From the NCBI GenBank assembly GCA_003345595.1, contig PRDI01000125.1, forward strand, positions 1-18,328: a stretch of 18,328 nucleotides of DNA, read 5' to 3'. This document shows, piece by piece, positions 1 to 9,302 of this stretch (position 1 is the first letter of the stretch; each line of letters begins with the position of its first letter). The notes beneath the pieces were generated by a model, which had not been told where the DNA came from, made no database searches, and was given only the letters and a program-made list of their open reading frames with translations. The DNA is from Candidatus Thorarchaeota archaeon (GTDB lineage: Archaea > Asgardarchaeota > Thorarchaeia > Thorarchaeales > Thorarchaeaceae). The translations under genes were made by a program, and so were the position numbers.

Positions 1-269
1 CCTGCACCGGGATAAACAGGCACGCCTCCGAGAGGACCGGACGCAATACAAATCTCGTTCTCGGGGTCGTTCCACTTCACCACCTTGTCCAAGGGCAGAC
101 TGTTCCACATCAGCCATAGGTCAAAGCCTTTGCCTCCCGTGAAGGTGTCTTTCATCTTATCATCGACTGGCTTGACAACTATCGCCTTCTTGCTGAGGTC
201 TATGTAGAGAGTCTGTCCAGCGTATCCCTTGCTGACGTTTGGAACTTTGTAGGTGAATTCCTTCAGCAT
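1..269 (-). CDS. aor: Aldehyde:ferredoxin oxidoreductase family protein, N-terminal part (truncated by window edge; absent from ORF track)
   Basis: Manual translation from ATG at 269 (GTG at 272 possible): MLKEFTYKVPNVSKGYAGQTLYIDLSKKAIVVKPVDDKMKDTFTGGKGFDLWLMWNSLPLDKVVKWNDPENEICIASGPLGGVPVYPGA. Contains AOR N-terminal motifs GYAG..L.IDLS, GGKG, DPEN....GPLGG. GGTGA SD-like site at 279-283. Confidence 0.88.
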   Translation of the reverse strand, partial: MLKEFTYKVPNVSKGYAGQTLYIDLSKKAIVVKPVDDKMKDTFTGGKGFDLWLMWNSLPLDKVVKWNDPENEICIASGPLGGVPVYPGA

Positions 270-450
270 CACTCTAGGTCACCGCCCAATCTCCTGAGTA
301 TGTACGCCAAGTGAAACGCACTAGCTCATTTGGAACCACTGCGTTTCGCATTTGAGTCTTCGCCTTTATGATAAGTTTCGCATCGCACAGACAATAGCAT
401 ACCGTTGTTTCGACAGGCCTTCCTTTTTTCGACTCACTGCAACCCGAGTT

Positions 451-460
451 TCCTTATATG
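451..460 (+). promoter_or_regulatory. Putative archaeal TATA box (CTTATAT) for the alkaline phosphatase gene
   Basis: TTATAT at 454-459, about 30 nt upstream of ATG 489, the spacing expected for a leaderless transcript. Confidence 0.45.
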
Positions 461-488
461 TTCTCGAAAAGCCAGATGTACGATCCAT

Positions 489-3400
489 ATGAGAGCCGCG
501 GCCCTCATACTCATAGTGCTCATGGTTCCCGCGTCAGTGGTCAGCGTCTTCGGTCCTCTCATTGTTCCACCATCCGAGCATCGAAGACTCGCGTTTTATT
601 CATCGAGCAATGACTCTCCACATAGCATTATACTGATGATTGGCGACGGAATGGGCTATGACCATGTGCGATTAGGAACGTGGGTCGAGGCCGGAGAAAC
701 GGACACATTGTTCATGGCAGGCATGAACAACAGTTTGTCGGCCACAACACACAATGTCGATCACGCAGTGACTGATTCCGCAGCAGCCGCAACAGCCATT
801 GGTACAGGCTTCAAGACATACAACGGGAGACTTGCCATGGGGCCAAGCGGCGAAGTCCTCGAAAGCATCCTGGAAATCGCCGAAGCAATGAACAAATCTA
901 CGGGTGTTGTGAGCACAACTGAGATTCAGCATGCAACGCCGGCCGCCTTCTTGACCCATGTCCTGAGCAGAAGCGACTACGGCGAAATCACCAGGCAGAT
1001 TGTCGAGCAGACGAATGTCGATGTAATAATGGGAGGAGGACGGAGCTACTTCAGCAGTCAACAGCTTGAAGACATGCAATCGAATGGTTTCACGCTCGTC
1101 ACGAATAGGAGCGGACTCATGTCGGTCACAGACGGGAAGGTTCTGGGGCTTTTCGCCGACGGGCATGTGGGCTACGAGCAATATAGGGACTGCATCAGCA
1201 CACCCTCGCTTGCGGAAATGACCGAAAAGGCGATTGACGTATTGTCAATGGACCCCGAGGGTTTCTTCCTCATGGTGGAAGGCGGAATGATTGACCAAGG
1301 AGCCCATGCTAACAGCAGAACTGACGTCGCTCTCGAAACAATAGCATTTGACAGGGCCGTAAAGACTGCGCTTAACTACGTCTACACTGATTCTCATGCG
1401 ATGTTGATAGTGGTTGCAGACCATGAAACCGGAGGACTCTCAACAACAAGTGCAACTCTGAACGATGAGCTGCCGGCGTACGGGAATACTGAAGAGTACA
1501 ACAGATCACTTCGCATAAGCAGAGCTCTTAATGTCAGCACTTCGTGGTCGACCACGGCACATACAGGCGAGAACGTTCCCATTTTCCAGCAGGGGCGACT
1601 GCCCAGAGACTGGATCGGATTGGAAACAATCGACAACACTGACGTTTTTCATGCCATGTCCGCGTACCTCTCATTGGACCTGGCACATGAAGAGACTGGG
1701 CCAGTCGTAAGACTCAACAGTCCCTCCAATGGCTCCATCGTCAAGCCATTCTCACTGATTGACCTAAACATCAGTGATCCTGGTGGAGTTGATGTCGTGT
1801 TGTACCATTGGGACGTAATCGAGAATGACACTCTCGTTCCTCCTTACGACCTCCTTGCTCGGACTAGCCAGGTAGCACACTGGCTCTATGTTTATGCAAT
1901 TGACTTCTATGAGAACTGGGCAACCGCAGTCTTTGTCTTCACAACGGATGGCATAGTCCCCTCCGTGGCATTGTTCACCCCGTCTAACAACACTATGCAT
2001 CATTCGGGTGCCACAGTAGCTGTCAACGTCACGGACGCACACCTCACGGACGTCTTGTACCATTGGGACGCCGAAGCTGCGAATGTGACCTGGTGTTCAC
2101 CCTACGAAACCGTTCTCCCACTCGGCAACGGATTGCATGTGCTCTATGTCTATGCTAACGATAGCGCTGGAAACCTAGCGTCAAGTAGGTACGTGCTTAT
2201 CGCCCATGATGGACCGCCCATCGTCTCATTGCTTAGTCCCCTCAATGCGACAGTAGTTAGAAGCGGGCAGACAGTGTTTATTGATGTGGTCGATCAGGAA
2301 ATGGACACTGTGCTGTATGCTTGGGACAATGTAACGAACTATGCCCAATGGTCTAGTCCGTTTGAGACCTCAGCACCGTCGGGTGATCGGACTCATTCGC
2401 TCTATGTATGGGCAAATAACTCACATGCCATCTCTGCTGAAGTCCGTTTCGATTTTGATGTCGACGATACGATTCCTCAATTGACACTGATATCACCCAG
2501 TAACCTTTCTGTCTGCATAGCAGGCACCGAAGTGATTGTCGGCGTTTCGGATGAACATCTTGCGGCAGTGCTATTGCGCTGGGACGACGCAGAGTACAAT
2601 TCGACATTCTATCCTCCATACGTGACTCAGCTGCCATTGTCCGATGGCACGCACACACTGATGGTCTATGCACAGGATGCCGCTGGCAACTATGCAAGCA
2701 TCAGGGTCTTCTTCTTGGCAGACAATACGCGTCCCAGCATGATTCTGATGGGTCCCGATAACGGCACAGTGGTGAGAACTGAAGGAGGTATTACTCTCGA
2801 TATTTCAGATGCTCACTTGTCACATGTTTGGTTCAGCTGGGATGACGGATCCAATGTCACTCTGGAATATCCATTCCGGATTGCCTTTCCTGCTGGTGAT
2901 GGATGGCACCGCCTGTCCGTCGTTGCCAACGACACCGCAGGGAACTTGCTCTGCCGCACGTTCGTTTGGACCGTGGACGATACTGCGCCAGTAATCGCCA
3001 ATCAGGAAGGCTTCACCATGCGGGTTGGTGAGATAGGACGAAATGTCTCTTGGAGGGCAGAAGACCTCAGCCCAGCTTACTACCAGGTCCTTGTGAATGG
3101 ATCTCCATGGTCTTCAGGGCGCTGGAATTCCTCCTCGGATATATTCGTGATCATACTTGACGGCTTTTCAATCGGTGCCTACAATCTTACGCTTGTTCTC
3201 GAAGATCGAGCAGGAAACCGAGCATCCAACACTGTGGTCGTTGTTGTCGAGAGTACTGTGACAACAAGTACCACGTCCACATCAACGACCTCGATAAGCA
3301 GCAGTATCACAAGCGAAACGCCGACACCCACTACTCCTACGAATGATTCGCTCATCGTCATCATAACACTCTCGATTGGCATTCTCTTCGCAGGTCTTGT

Positions 3401-3506
3401 CGTCGGCGGATTTGTGCTCATTAGATCGAGAGGCTCAACTTCGGAGCGGACTGTGCTTGGTGCGCTCGGCTCGGTTGAACTGAAGCAGTCCTTTTGTCTT
3501 GATTGA
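489..3506 (+). CDS. phoA: Cell-surface alkaline phosphatase (PhoA family) with about 6 Ig-like repeats, Ser/Thr/Pro linker and C-terminal TM anchor
   Basis: Signal peptide MRAAALILIVLMV... (start 489 preferred over 405). AP motifs IGDGMG, VTDSAAAATA (catalytic Ser), HATPAAF, EGGMIDQGAHAN, ADHETGG, HTGENVP. Repeats of about 87 aa (P.V.L.SP.N...D.HL..VLY.WD...GDG.H.LYVYAND.AGN). TTSTTSTSTTS linker, then hydrophobic LIVIITLSIGILFAGLVVGGFVLI. Confidence 0.9.
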   Translation: MRAAALILIVLMVPASVVSVFGPLIVPPSEHRRLAFYSSSNDSPHSIILMIGDGMGYDHVRLGTWVEAGETDTLFMAGMNNSLSATTHNVDHAVTDSAAAATAIGTGFKTYNGRLAMGPSGEVLESILEIAEAMNKSTGVVSTTEIQHATPAAFLTHVLSRSDYGEITRQIVEQTNVDVIMGGGRSYFSSQQLEDMQSNGFTLVTNRSGLMSVTDGKVLGLFADGHVGYEQYRDCISTPSLAEMTEKAIDVLSMDPEGFFLMVEGGMIDQGAHANSRTDVALETIAFDRAVKTALNYVYTDSHAMLIVVADHETGGLSTTSATLNDELPAYGNTEEYNRSLRISRALNVSTSWSTTAHTGENVPIFQQGRLPRDWIGLETIDNTDVFHAMSAYLSLDLAHEETGPVVRLNSPSNGSIVKPFSLIDLNISDPGGVDVVLYHWDVIENDTLVPPYDLLARTSQVAHWLYVYAIDFYENWATAVFVFTTDGIVPSVALFTPSNNTMHHSGATVAVNVTDAHLTDVLYHWDAEAANVTWCSPYETVLPLGNGLHVLYVYANDSAGNLASSRYVLIAHDGPPIVSLLSPLNATVVRSGQTVFIDVVDQEMDTVLYAWDNVTNYAQWSSPFETSAPSGDRTHSLYVWANNSHAISAEVRFDFDVDDTIPQLTLISPSNLSVCIAGTEVIVGVSDEHLAAVLLRWDDAEYNSTFYPPYVTQLPLSDGTHTLMVYAQDAAGNYASIRVFFLADNTRPSMILMGPDNGTVVRTEGGITLDISDAHLSHVWFSWDDGSNVTLEYPFRIAFPAGDGWHRLSVVANDTAGNLLCRTFVWTVDDTAPVIANQEGFTMRVGEIGRNVSWRAEDLSPAYYQVLVNGSPWSSGRWNSSSDIFVIILDGFSIGAYNLTLVLEDRAGNRASNTVVVVVESTVTTSTTSTSTTSISSSITSETPTPTTPTNDSLIVIITLSIGILFAGLVVGGFVLIRSRGSTSERTVLGALGSVELKQSFCLD

Positions 3507-3516
3507 CAAAAGCTGC
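3485..3516. terminator. Inverted repeat between the convergent phoA and mttB-like genes
   Basis: CTTTTGTC (3491-3498) pairs with GACAAAAG (3505-3512), extended by GCAG/CTGC. It spans the 9-nt gap between the convergent stops. Confidence 0.4.
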
Positions 3517-4988
3517 TACACGGCCGGTATCGAGCCCGATGAAAGACCGCGATTCCTGAGAATCATGATCAGCGTAGAGTCCAACGACTCCTTGGACGCG
3601 TCGGGCAGCGGTTTTGACGAATGAGTCCTGAGAGTCTTCTCAACTCTCTCCCTTGCTCTGGCATAGGCATCGCTTGACCCGGCGTCCTTCCAAGTGTGTA
3701 CCGGTTGCCTACTTGTGATTTCAGATGGAAAGAACTGACAATGCCGAAAACTGGTGAGTGTATGGTCTGCCGAGAGGAATTCGCCACTAGGTCCTACCGA
3801 ATCTAGAAGACTCACGATGCTCTCCGTGTTCTCAGACTCAACGCCACGCATCAGCCTTCTTGCCATGCCGCATATCTCGTTGTCAATTACCAGTTTCTCG
3901 AGTGACTGGCAGTTCTCGAAAGCTAGCATGCCCGGACCTGATACTACATTGATTCTTGCCAACGATGCTAGCATCAGGCCAATAGCAGATTCGAAACCAC
4001 TCTGTGCATCTGGTAGCTTCGAATCGCTCAGACCCAAGTAGGCGTGAGTTGGAATTCCGTAGTACTTGCCAATCTGAGAAGCGGCACACTCAGCCATTGC
4101 TGTCTCTATTGCGCCGAGGCAGATTACGCCCTGTTTCATGTCGAAGAGCGCTAGTGATCCACCATAGACAACAGGCGTTCCGGGATTCGCCGTTTCTGCG
4201 ATCACGATGCCAGCGAGTATCTCTGCGTTTGATTGAACAAGAGTGCCAAAGATGGTTACTGGACCTGTCGCACCCATCATCGGAGCAGGGACTATCTCTG
4301 CAGGAATCGAACTGGTAGCACAGTCAATCAGATTCTGAGAGCTCACATCATTCCATGTGAGTGGAGATGTCGGGCAGCAGTCGAAAATGGCGTGGGGCGA
4401 CCGGACTAGTTCTTTTGAGCCTCCCGCTACGGCTTCCAGCATTAGTTTCATGTCGGCTATGCCTTCTTTCGTGAAAGCTCCCGTGACTATCGGTTTGTCT
4501 GAGTGCTTCAGAACCAAATAGAGACGAAACAGATCTGAGATTGACTCCGGCACATCGGATGTGATTACGGCCGTACTGACGGCATCCATGTAGGGAAGTG
4601 CATCCGCAAGTTCAATCAGTCTGACGAGGTCCCTTGATGTTCCTCGACGAATCTCGCCAGTTTCTGAGTCCAGGAAGTCAGAGGCCGAAGAGCCGGGATT
4701 GAATATGACTTCATTGCCTCCAACAGTGAGATAGCGATCTCGCTCACGAGTATAGAGTCTGAATGATTTTGGCACCTTTGAGAGACAAGATTCCACAAGG
4801 TCAGTTGGGAACCGGACTCGGTTTGACTCAATGCCACATCCTGCATTCTCCAATAGCTGGAGCGCTGCACTGTTCTTCACAGCCAGTCCTGTCTTCTCAA
4901 GCAGGTGAAGCGACGCCGAATGTATGCTTTCGATGTCATTCTGAGAAAGAAGTGTAAACTCTCCCATAGTGGACGCCTCAGGATCCAT
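3516..4988 (-). CDS. Trimethylamine methyltransferase (MttB) superfamily protein, non-pyrrolysine type
   Basis: 490 aa with MttB features: IHSASLHLLEKTG, SPL, MGATGPVT..GTL...NAE.LAG, PGTPVVYG, SDSKLPDAQSGFES, GMLAF....SLEKLVIDNEI, GPSGEFL..DHT. No in-frame UAG; Leu sits at the Pyl-equivalent position before SDSK. Confidence 0.9.
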   Translation of the reverse strand: MDPEASTMGEFTLLSQNDIESIHSASLHLLEKTGLAVKNSAALQLLENAGCGIESNRVRFPTDLVESCLSKVPKSFRLYTRERDRYLTVGGNEVIFNPGSSASDFLDSETGEIRRGTSRDLVRLIELADALPYMDAVSTAVITSDVPESISDLFRLYLVLKHSDKPIVTGAFTKEGIADMKLMLEAVAGGSKELVRSPHAIFDCCPTSPLTWNDVSSQNLIDCATSSIPAEIVPAPMMGATGPVTIFGTLVQSNAEILAGIVIAETANPGTPVVYGGSLALFDMKQGVICLGAIETAMAECAASQIGKYYGIPTHAYLGLSDSKLPDAQSGFESAIGLMLASLARINVVSGPGMLAFENCQSLEKLVIDNEICGMARRLMRGVESENTESIVSLLDSVGPSGEFLSADHTLTSFRHCQFFPSEITSRQPVHTWKDAGSSDAYARARERVEKTLRTHSSKPLPDASKESLDSTLIMILRNRGLSSGSIPAV

Positions 4989-5222
4989 GTTCGTGAGAAC
5001 GCCGCTCCTAATACTGTTGTTGTTTCTCTGACAGCGGCGGCCGGAGCCCTTTCGGTCCTCTTCTGTTCACTTCGAAACCCCGGCTTTTGAAGCTCAGAAC
5101 CTTCTTATGTTGCATTGCCTTGGCGGAGCTGAGCTGTCGAACCAGCCAGCTTAAGCCAGACAGGATGTGACAGCGGGTAACCAGCTAAAGTCACGCTCTT
5201 GACCTGTTCCGGAGGAGTGAAC

Positions 5223-6104
5223 ATGAAGGTGCAGAAAATAGGCACGAGGGGCCGCCTTGTGACGTTCACCGAACCCTACGTGACAAACATGTACGTGATC
5301 GAGAGCGACCAACGCCTGTTCATTTGTGACACTTCTCTTGGCCCAAGGTACATGGAGGAACTGTTGAAGATTCTGCGAAGCCCAAGTTCAGGGAAGAAAC
5401 CGGTGGTCATATTCAACTCCCACCACCACTATGACCATGTGTGGGGCAACATGAGCTTTCCTTCTTCGATAATACTGGCTCATGAAGAGTGTCGCAGAAA
5501 GTTGACTGAAACCGGCGAGAACGATTTGGTGGAATTCAAGAGCCACTCACAGGGCGACGTGAAGCTGACGCTTCCGAACATGGTCTTCGAAGAGAAGGTT
5601 TCATTTCCAGATGATGAGATCCTATTCTTCTACAGCCCCGGTCACACTGTTGATTCATCATCATGCTACGACGAGATTGACAAGGTTCTTTTTGTGGGAG
5701 ACAATGTGGAGTCACCTCTTCCATATCTAAACGAGCCCGACCTAGACTCATATGAGGCAAGTCTTGAGGCATACCTGGGAGTGGAATGGGACACGATGAT
5801 CGCTGGCCACGACCCCCCAATTACCGATGACTCCCTTCTATTGAGCAATCTTCTGTATATCAGGGGTTTTCGAGGACACGAAGTTGACTCATCTGTGATC
5901 GTTGGTAGAGACATATCACGTCACCTCACAAATCTGACGACTATTGCAGAGAAACTGAAGTCAATGGGGGAGAGCAGGGATGCCCTTGGCTACTTCAATG
6001 AGGCTACTCGGATTCTAGAGTCCATGGGCCAATCCCGGGAAGTGGCTGAACAGCTGACTCGTCTGAAGATGATTGTATCTGAGCTGTCGCTCGAAACGGC
6101 ATGA
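5223..6104 (+). CDS. Metallo-beta-lactamase fold hydrolase with C-terminal TPR-like helical extension
   Basis: SHHHYDHVWGN (HxHxDH), PGHT, VGD and AGH motifs. ATG 5223 follows GGAGGAGTGA (5211-5220). Confidence 0.85.
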   Translation: MKVQKIGTRGRLVTFTEPYVTNMYVIESDQRLFICDTSLGPRYMEELLKILRSPSSGKKPVVIFNSHHHYDHVWGNMSFPSSIILAHEECRRKLTETGENDLVEFKSHSQGDVKLTLPNMVFEEKVSFPDDEILFFYSPGHTVDSSSCYDEIDKVLFVGDNVESPLPYLNEPDLDSYEASLEAYLGVEWDTMIAGHDPPITDDSLLLSNLLYIRGFRGHEVDSSVIVGRDISRHLTNLTTIAEKLKSMGESRDALGYFNEATRILESMGQSREVAEQLTRLKMIVSELSLETA

Positions 6105-6457
6105 TGGGATATCTTCGCGGGATCGCGGTCGATGTACTAGACAATGGACGCCAATAGGATCTCCTGGTTCGCGCGTGCACACAGGTGTGACACTAGTGGG
6201 TCTGAGTCACTGCATTGTGGATATTGGATTGATCGCAGGGTTTCTACTGACTGCAGCGCTCTTCGCCGTGAGAGAAGAGCGAAATGGTCGGAGGGGTCGC
6301 ATTCTAGAAGGGGCGACAGCACACAAATCACTCGCAGGAATAGTGAATGTCATGGCTTCCGGTCCTAAGTTAGACGCGTTCAGTTTGGGGCAGACAGTGA
6401 TTACAGGAGCATTTCTGATCCTTCAGACGGCATCCGTCTTAGGGTTCTAGCACTGCG

Positions 6458-6464
6458 TTTATTA
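6458..6464 (+). promoter_or_regulatory. Putative TATA box (TTTATTA) for the HdrL-like gene
   Basis: AT-rich TATA-like box about 70-90 nt upstream of the candidate starts 6534/6552. Confidence 0.4.
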
Positions 6465-6533
6465 GTTAACAAAGCAAGAACCGCTGAACCACACCTGAGG
6501 CAGGCTCATACCGTCGACCCCAGCTACTGAGTA

Positions 6534-9302
6534 ATGAAGGGAACCGTTGACATGACGACGGAAGAAACATCAAAGCAGAACAGCAGCGCCGGACAGACGG
6601 AAAGCAAAGTCCCGGCAGCGCTTGTTGTTGGTGGAGGCGTTGCAGGTATGCAGGCTGCACTTGACATCGCCTCTCAGGGCTTCAAGGTCTATCTCCTGGA
6701 ACAGTCACCATCCATTGGCGGCCGCATGGCAATGATCGACAAGACATTTCCTACTCTTGACTGCTCTGCATGCATACTCACGCCACGGCTCAGCGAAACC
6801 TCTCGCAACCCGAACATCGAGCTTCTCACCTATTCCGAAGTCAAGTCGATTACGGGTGAAGCTGGTGACTTCAGAGTCAGAATCCGAAGAAAGGCACGAT
6901 ACGTCAATGAGAAGAAATGTTCGGCATGCGCAGAATGTGTGCCTGTGTGTCCTGTAGAGGTCCCCAATGACTTTGACCAGGGCTTGGGTTTCAGGAAGGC
7001 GATTTACTCGCCGTTCCCACAGTCGACGCCCAACGCATATACGATTGACAAAAAGGGCGAGCCGCCTTGCAGGGCAACATGCCCCGCTCATGTGAATGCT
7101 CAGGGCTTTGTCACTCTCATGAAACATGGGAAGTACGACGAGGCGCTCGAGATTGTGAGAGATGCTATACCATTCCCAGGAGTACTCGGAAGGGTGTGTA
7201 TCAGCTTCTGTGAGGCTGAGTGCGAAAGGGGAACGCTTGACGACAGTATGAGCATCAGAAACCTGCATAGGTTCTTAGCAGATTACGAGCGCGAAAACAA
7301 TCTGGCTAAGCCAGTCGTTCCAAAGATTGACAAGAAGGAGAGAGTGGCAGTCGTCGGAGCAGGACCTGCGGGTATAAGCTGTGCCTACCAGCTTGCAAGA
7401 AAGGGTTACCCTGTGACAGTCTTCGAGGCCAAGCCCGAAGCCGGTGGTCTTCTGAGGTATGCCATTCCCGAGTATCGGCTCCCTCGCAACATCCTAGATG
7501 AAGAAATCCAACGTGTCGTTGATCTAGGAGTGAAGATTAAGGTGAACACTCCCGTCAAGTCGGTGAGGGATCTGCTTGCCAAGGGCTTCAAGGCCGTGTT
7601 TGTGGGTACGGGTGCATCTGTAAGCAACAAGATTGGCCTTCCTGGAGAGGAAATTGTTGGAGTGATTCACTCCGTGGAATTCTTGGAGAAGGTCAACACA
7701 GGTCAAGACGTTAAGATCGGGGAGAAGGTTGCCGTGATTGGAGGAGGAGATGCGGCGATAGACGCAGCACGGGTCGCTGTCCGGCTCGGTGCCTCGGATG
7801 TCACTGTCATCTACCGGCGATCAAACATTGAGATACCTGCTATCCCGAGTGAGGTCGAAGACGCGAAGAGTGAGGGCGTCAAGTTCATGATGTTGACGAA
7901 TCCAATCGAAATTCTGTCCCCTAGAGGCGTTCTCACCGGCATCAGGTGCGTCCGAATGAGACTCGGTGAGCCCGATCACTCGGGCAGAAGTCGGCCCGTA
8001 CCTATAGTCGGGTCCGAGTTCACAATGGCCGTTAACACGCTGATTCTCGGTGTTGGGCAGAGTGCGAATCCTCGGGGAGTCCAGACTGAGTGTGACTGCA
8101 CGGAGTATGCTACAGTAAAAGCTGATCCGGTGACCCTGCAGACCAGCATACCTGGAGTCTTCGCAGGAGGCGATGTTGTCTTAGGTCCTCTCACAGTGGT
8201 GAAAGCGGTCGGGCAGGGCCGACAGGCTGCTGATTCGATAGACATGTACCTGAGAGGAATCCCCTTTGGACACAGTCCACCCGAGAGGCACCGCGTTCAG
8301 TCGTACGAGGTTGACAAGAGAAGAGTCTTGCCTGCAAAGCGTGCAATCATGGCAAAGCAGGGAATTCGGAGCCGCAAGTCAGACTTCTCTGAAGTTGAGC
8401 TTGGATTCAGTGAGGAAACTGCACACTCCGAGGCGGAACGATGCCTGGGATGCGCCGTGTGTTGTGACTGCAACCAGTGCGTGAAGGCTTGCCAGCGCGG
8501 AGCTATTGACCAATCGATGACGGATGAGTCCGCCGAGCTCTCAGTCGGAGCTATCATTATCGCTACTGGCTATCGACTGTTCGACATCACCGCTTATCCA
8601 CAGCTTGGATATGGAAGATACTCGAATGTTATTCACGCTATGGAGTATGAGCGACTGATCAATGCGTCCGGACCGACGAAAGGTCACCTCATACGACTAA
8701 GTGATGGCAGGATCCCGGAGTCCATGGGATTCATTCAGTGCGTTGGGGCGAGAGATGTGAGCAAGGATGTTCCATATTGCAGCCGGGTCTGTTGCATGTA
8801 CGCAATCAAGAACGCGGTCATGGCGAGAGAACATAACCCCGATGCAGATGTCACAATCTACTATGCGGACATAAGGGCCTTCGGGAAAGGATTCGAACAA
8901 TTCTATGATATGGCTCAGACAAGGTTTGGTGTGAAGTTCGTTAGAGGCCGAGTAGCCGAGGTCGCAGAGGACAAGCACACACACAATCTTACCGTCAGAT
9001 ACGAAGACACGGAAACAGGCACGCTTCACGATGTGGAACATGAAATGATAGTCATCAGTCCGGGTATCCAGCCACCCGAAGGGCTTGATGATCTTGCTGT
9101 CGAACTAGGCATGGACCTAGCCGCTGATGGGTATGTTGATGTGGCTGACCAGATCGTGACTCCGGTGGACACAAAGATCGCTGGCGTGTTCGTGTGCGGC
9201 TGCGCAGATGCGCCCAAGGATATTCCCGACTCTGTGTCAGCCGGGAGTGCCGCAGCCATGAGAGCAACCATTATTCTGAACAACATGAGGAAGAAAGTCT
9301 AG
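6534..9302 (+). CDS. hdrA: HdrA-like flavoprotein with inserted GltD/NfnB-like NAD(P)H:flavin oxidoreductase module (HdrL-like); lacks the HdrA N-terminal and C-terminal Fe-S domains
   Basis: GGGVAG FAD motif, KTFPTLDCSAC, CxxCxxCxxxCP, QCVGAR..CSRVCC. Insert of about 460 aa (about 7050-8450) with PCRATCP, GRVC...CE..C, GAGPAG, GGLLRYAIPEYRLP, GGGDAAID, YRRS, GVFAGGD, EAERCLGC. Start may be 6552. Confidence 0.9.
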   Translation: MKGTVDMTTEETSKQNSSAGQTESKVPAALVVGGGVAGMQAALDIASQGFKVYLLEQSPSIGGRMAMIDKTFPTLDCSACILTPRLSETSRNPNIELLTYSEVKSITGEAGDFRVRIRRKARYVNEKKCSACAECVPVCPVEVPNDFDQGLGFRKAIYSPFPQSTPNAYTIDKKGEPPCRATCPAHVNAQGFVTLMKHGKYDEALEIVRDAIPFPGVLGRVCISFCEAECERGTLDDSMSIRNLHRFLADYERENNLAKPVVPKIDKKERVAVVGAGPAGISCAYQLARKGYPVTVFEAKPEAGGLLRYAIPEYRLPRNILDEEIQRVVDLGVKIKVNTPVKSVRDLLAKGFKAVFVGTGASVSNKIGLPGEEIVGVIHSVEFLEKVNTGQDVKIGEKVAVIGGGDAAIDAARVAVRLGASDVTVIYRRSNIEIPAIPSEVEDAKSEGVKFMMLTNPIEILSPRGVLTGIRCVRMRLGEPDHSGRSRPVPIVGSEFTMAVNTLILGVGQSANPRGVQTECDCTEYATVKADPVTLQTSIPGVFAGGDVVLGPLTVVKAVGQGRQAADSIDMYLRGIPFGHSPPERHRVQSYEVDKRRVLPAKRAIMAKQGIRSRKSDFSEVELGFSEETAHSEAERCLGCAVCCDCNQCVKACQRGAIDQSMTDESAELSVGAIIIATGYRLFDITAYPQLGYGRYSNVIHAMEYERLINASGPTKGHLIRLSDGRIPESMGFIQCVGARDVSKDVPYCSRVCCMYAIKNAVMAREHNPDADVTIYYADIRAFGKGFEQFYDMAQTRFGVKFVRGRVAEVAEDKHTHNLTVRYEDTETGTLHDVEHEMIVISPGIQPPEGLDDLAVELGMDLAADGYVDVADQIVTPVDTKIAGVFVCGCADAPKDIPDSVSAGSAAAMRATIILNNMRKKV

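Noticed and set aside
405-488. N-terminal extension of the phosphatase from TTG 405
   Set aside because: It precedes the signal peptide and contains the likely TATA box.
3516-4988. Pyrrolysine recoding in the MttB homolog
   Set aside because: The ORF is uninterrupted and there is no UAG at the Pyl position.
5000-5092. Possible riboswitch upstream of the mttB-like gene (7-8-bp inverted repeats, a GAAA-capped stem)
   Set aside because: No recognisable cobalamin, glycine or SAM consensus. Short GC-rich stems are expected by chance.
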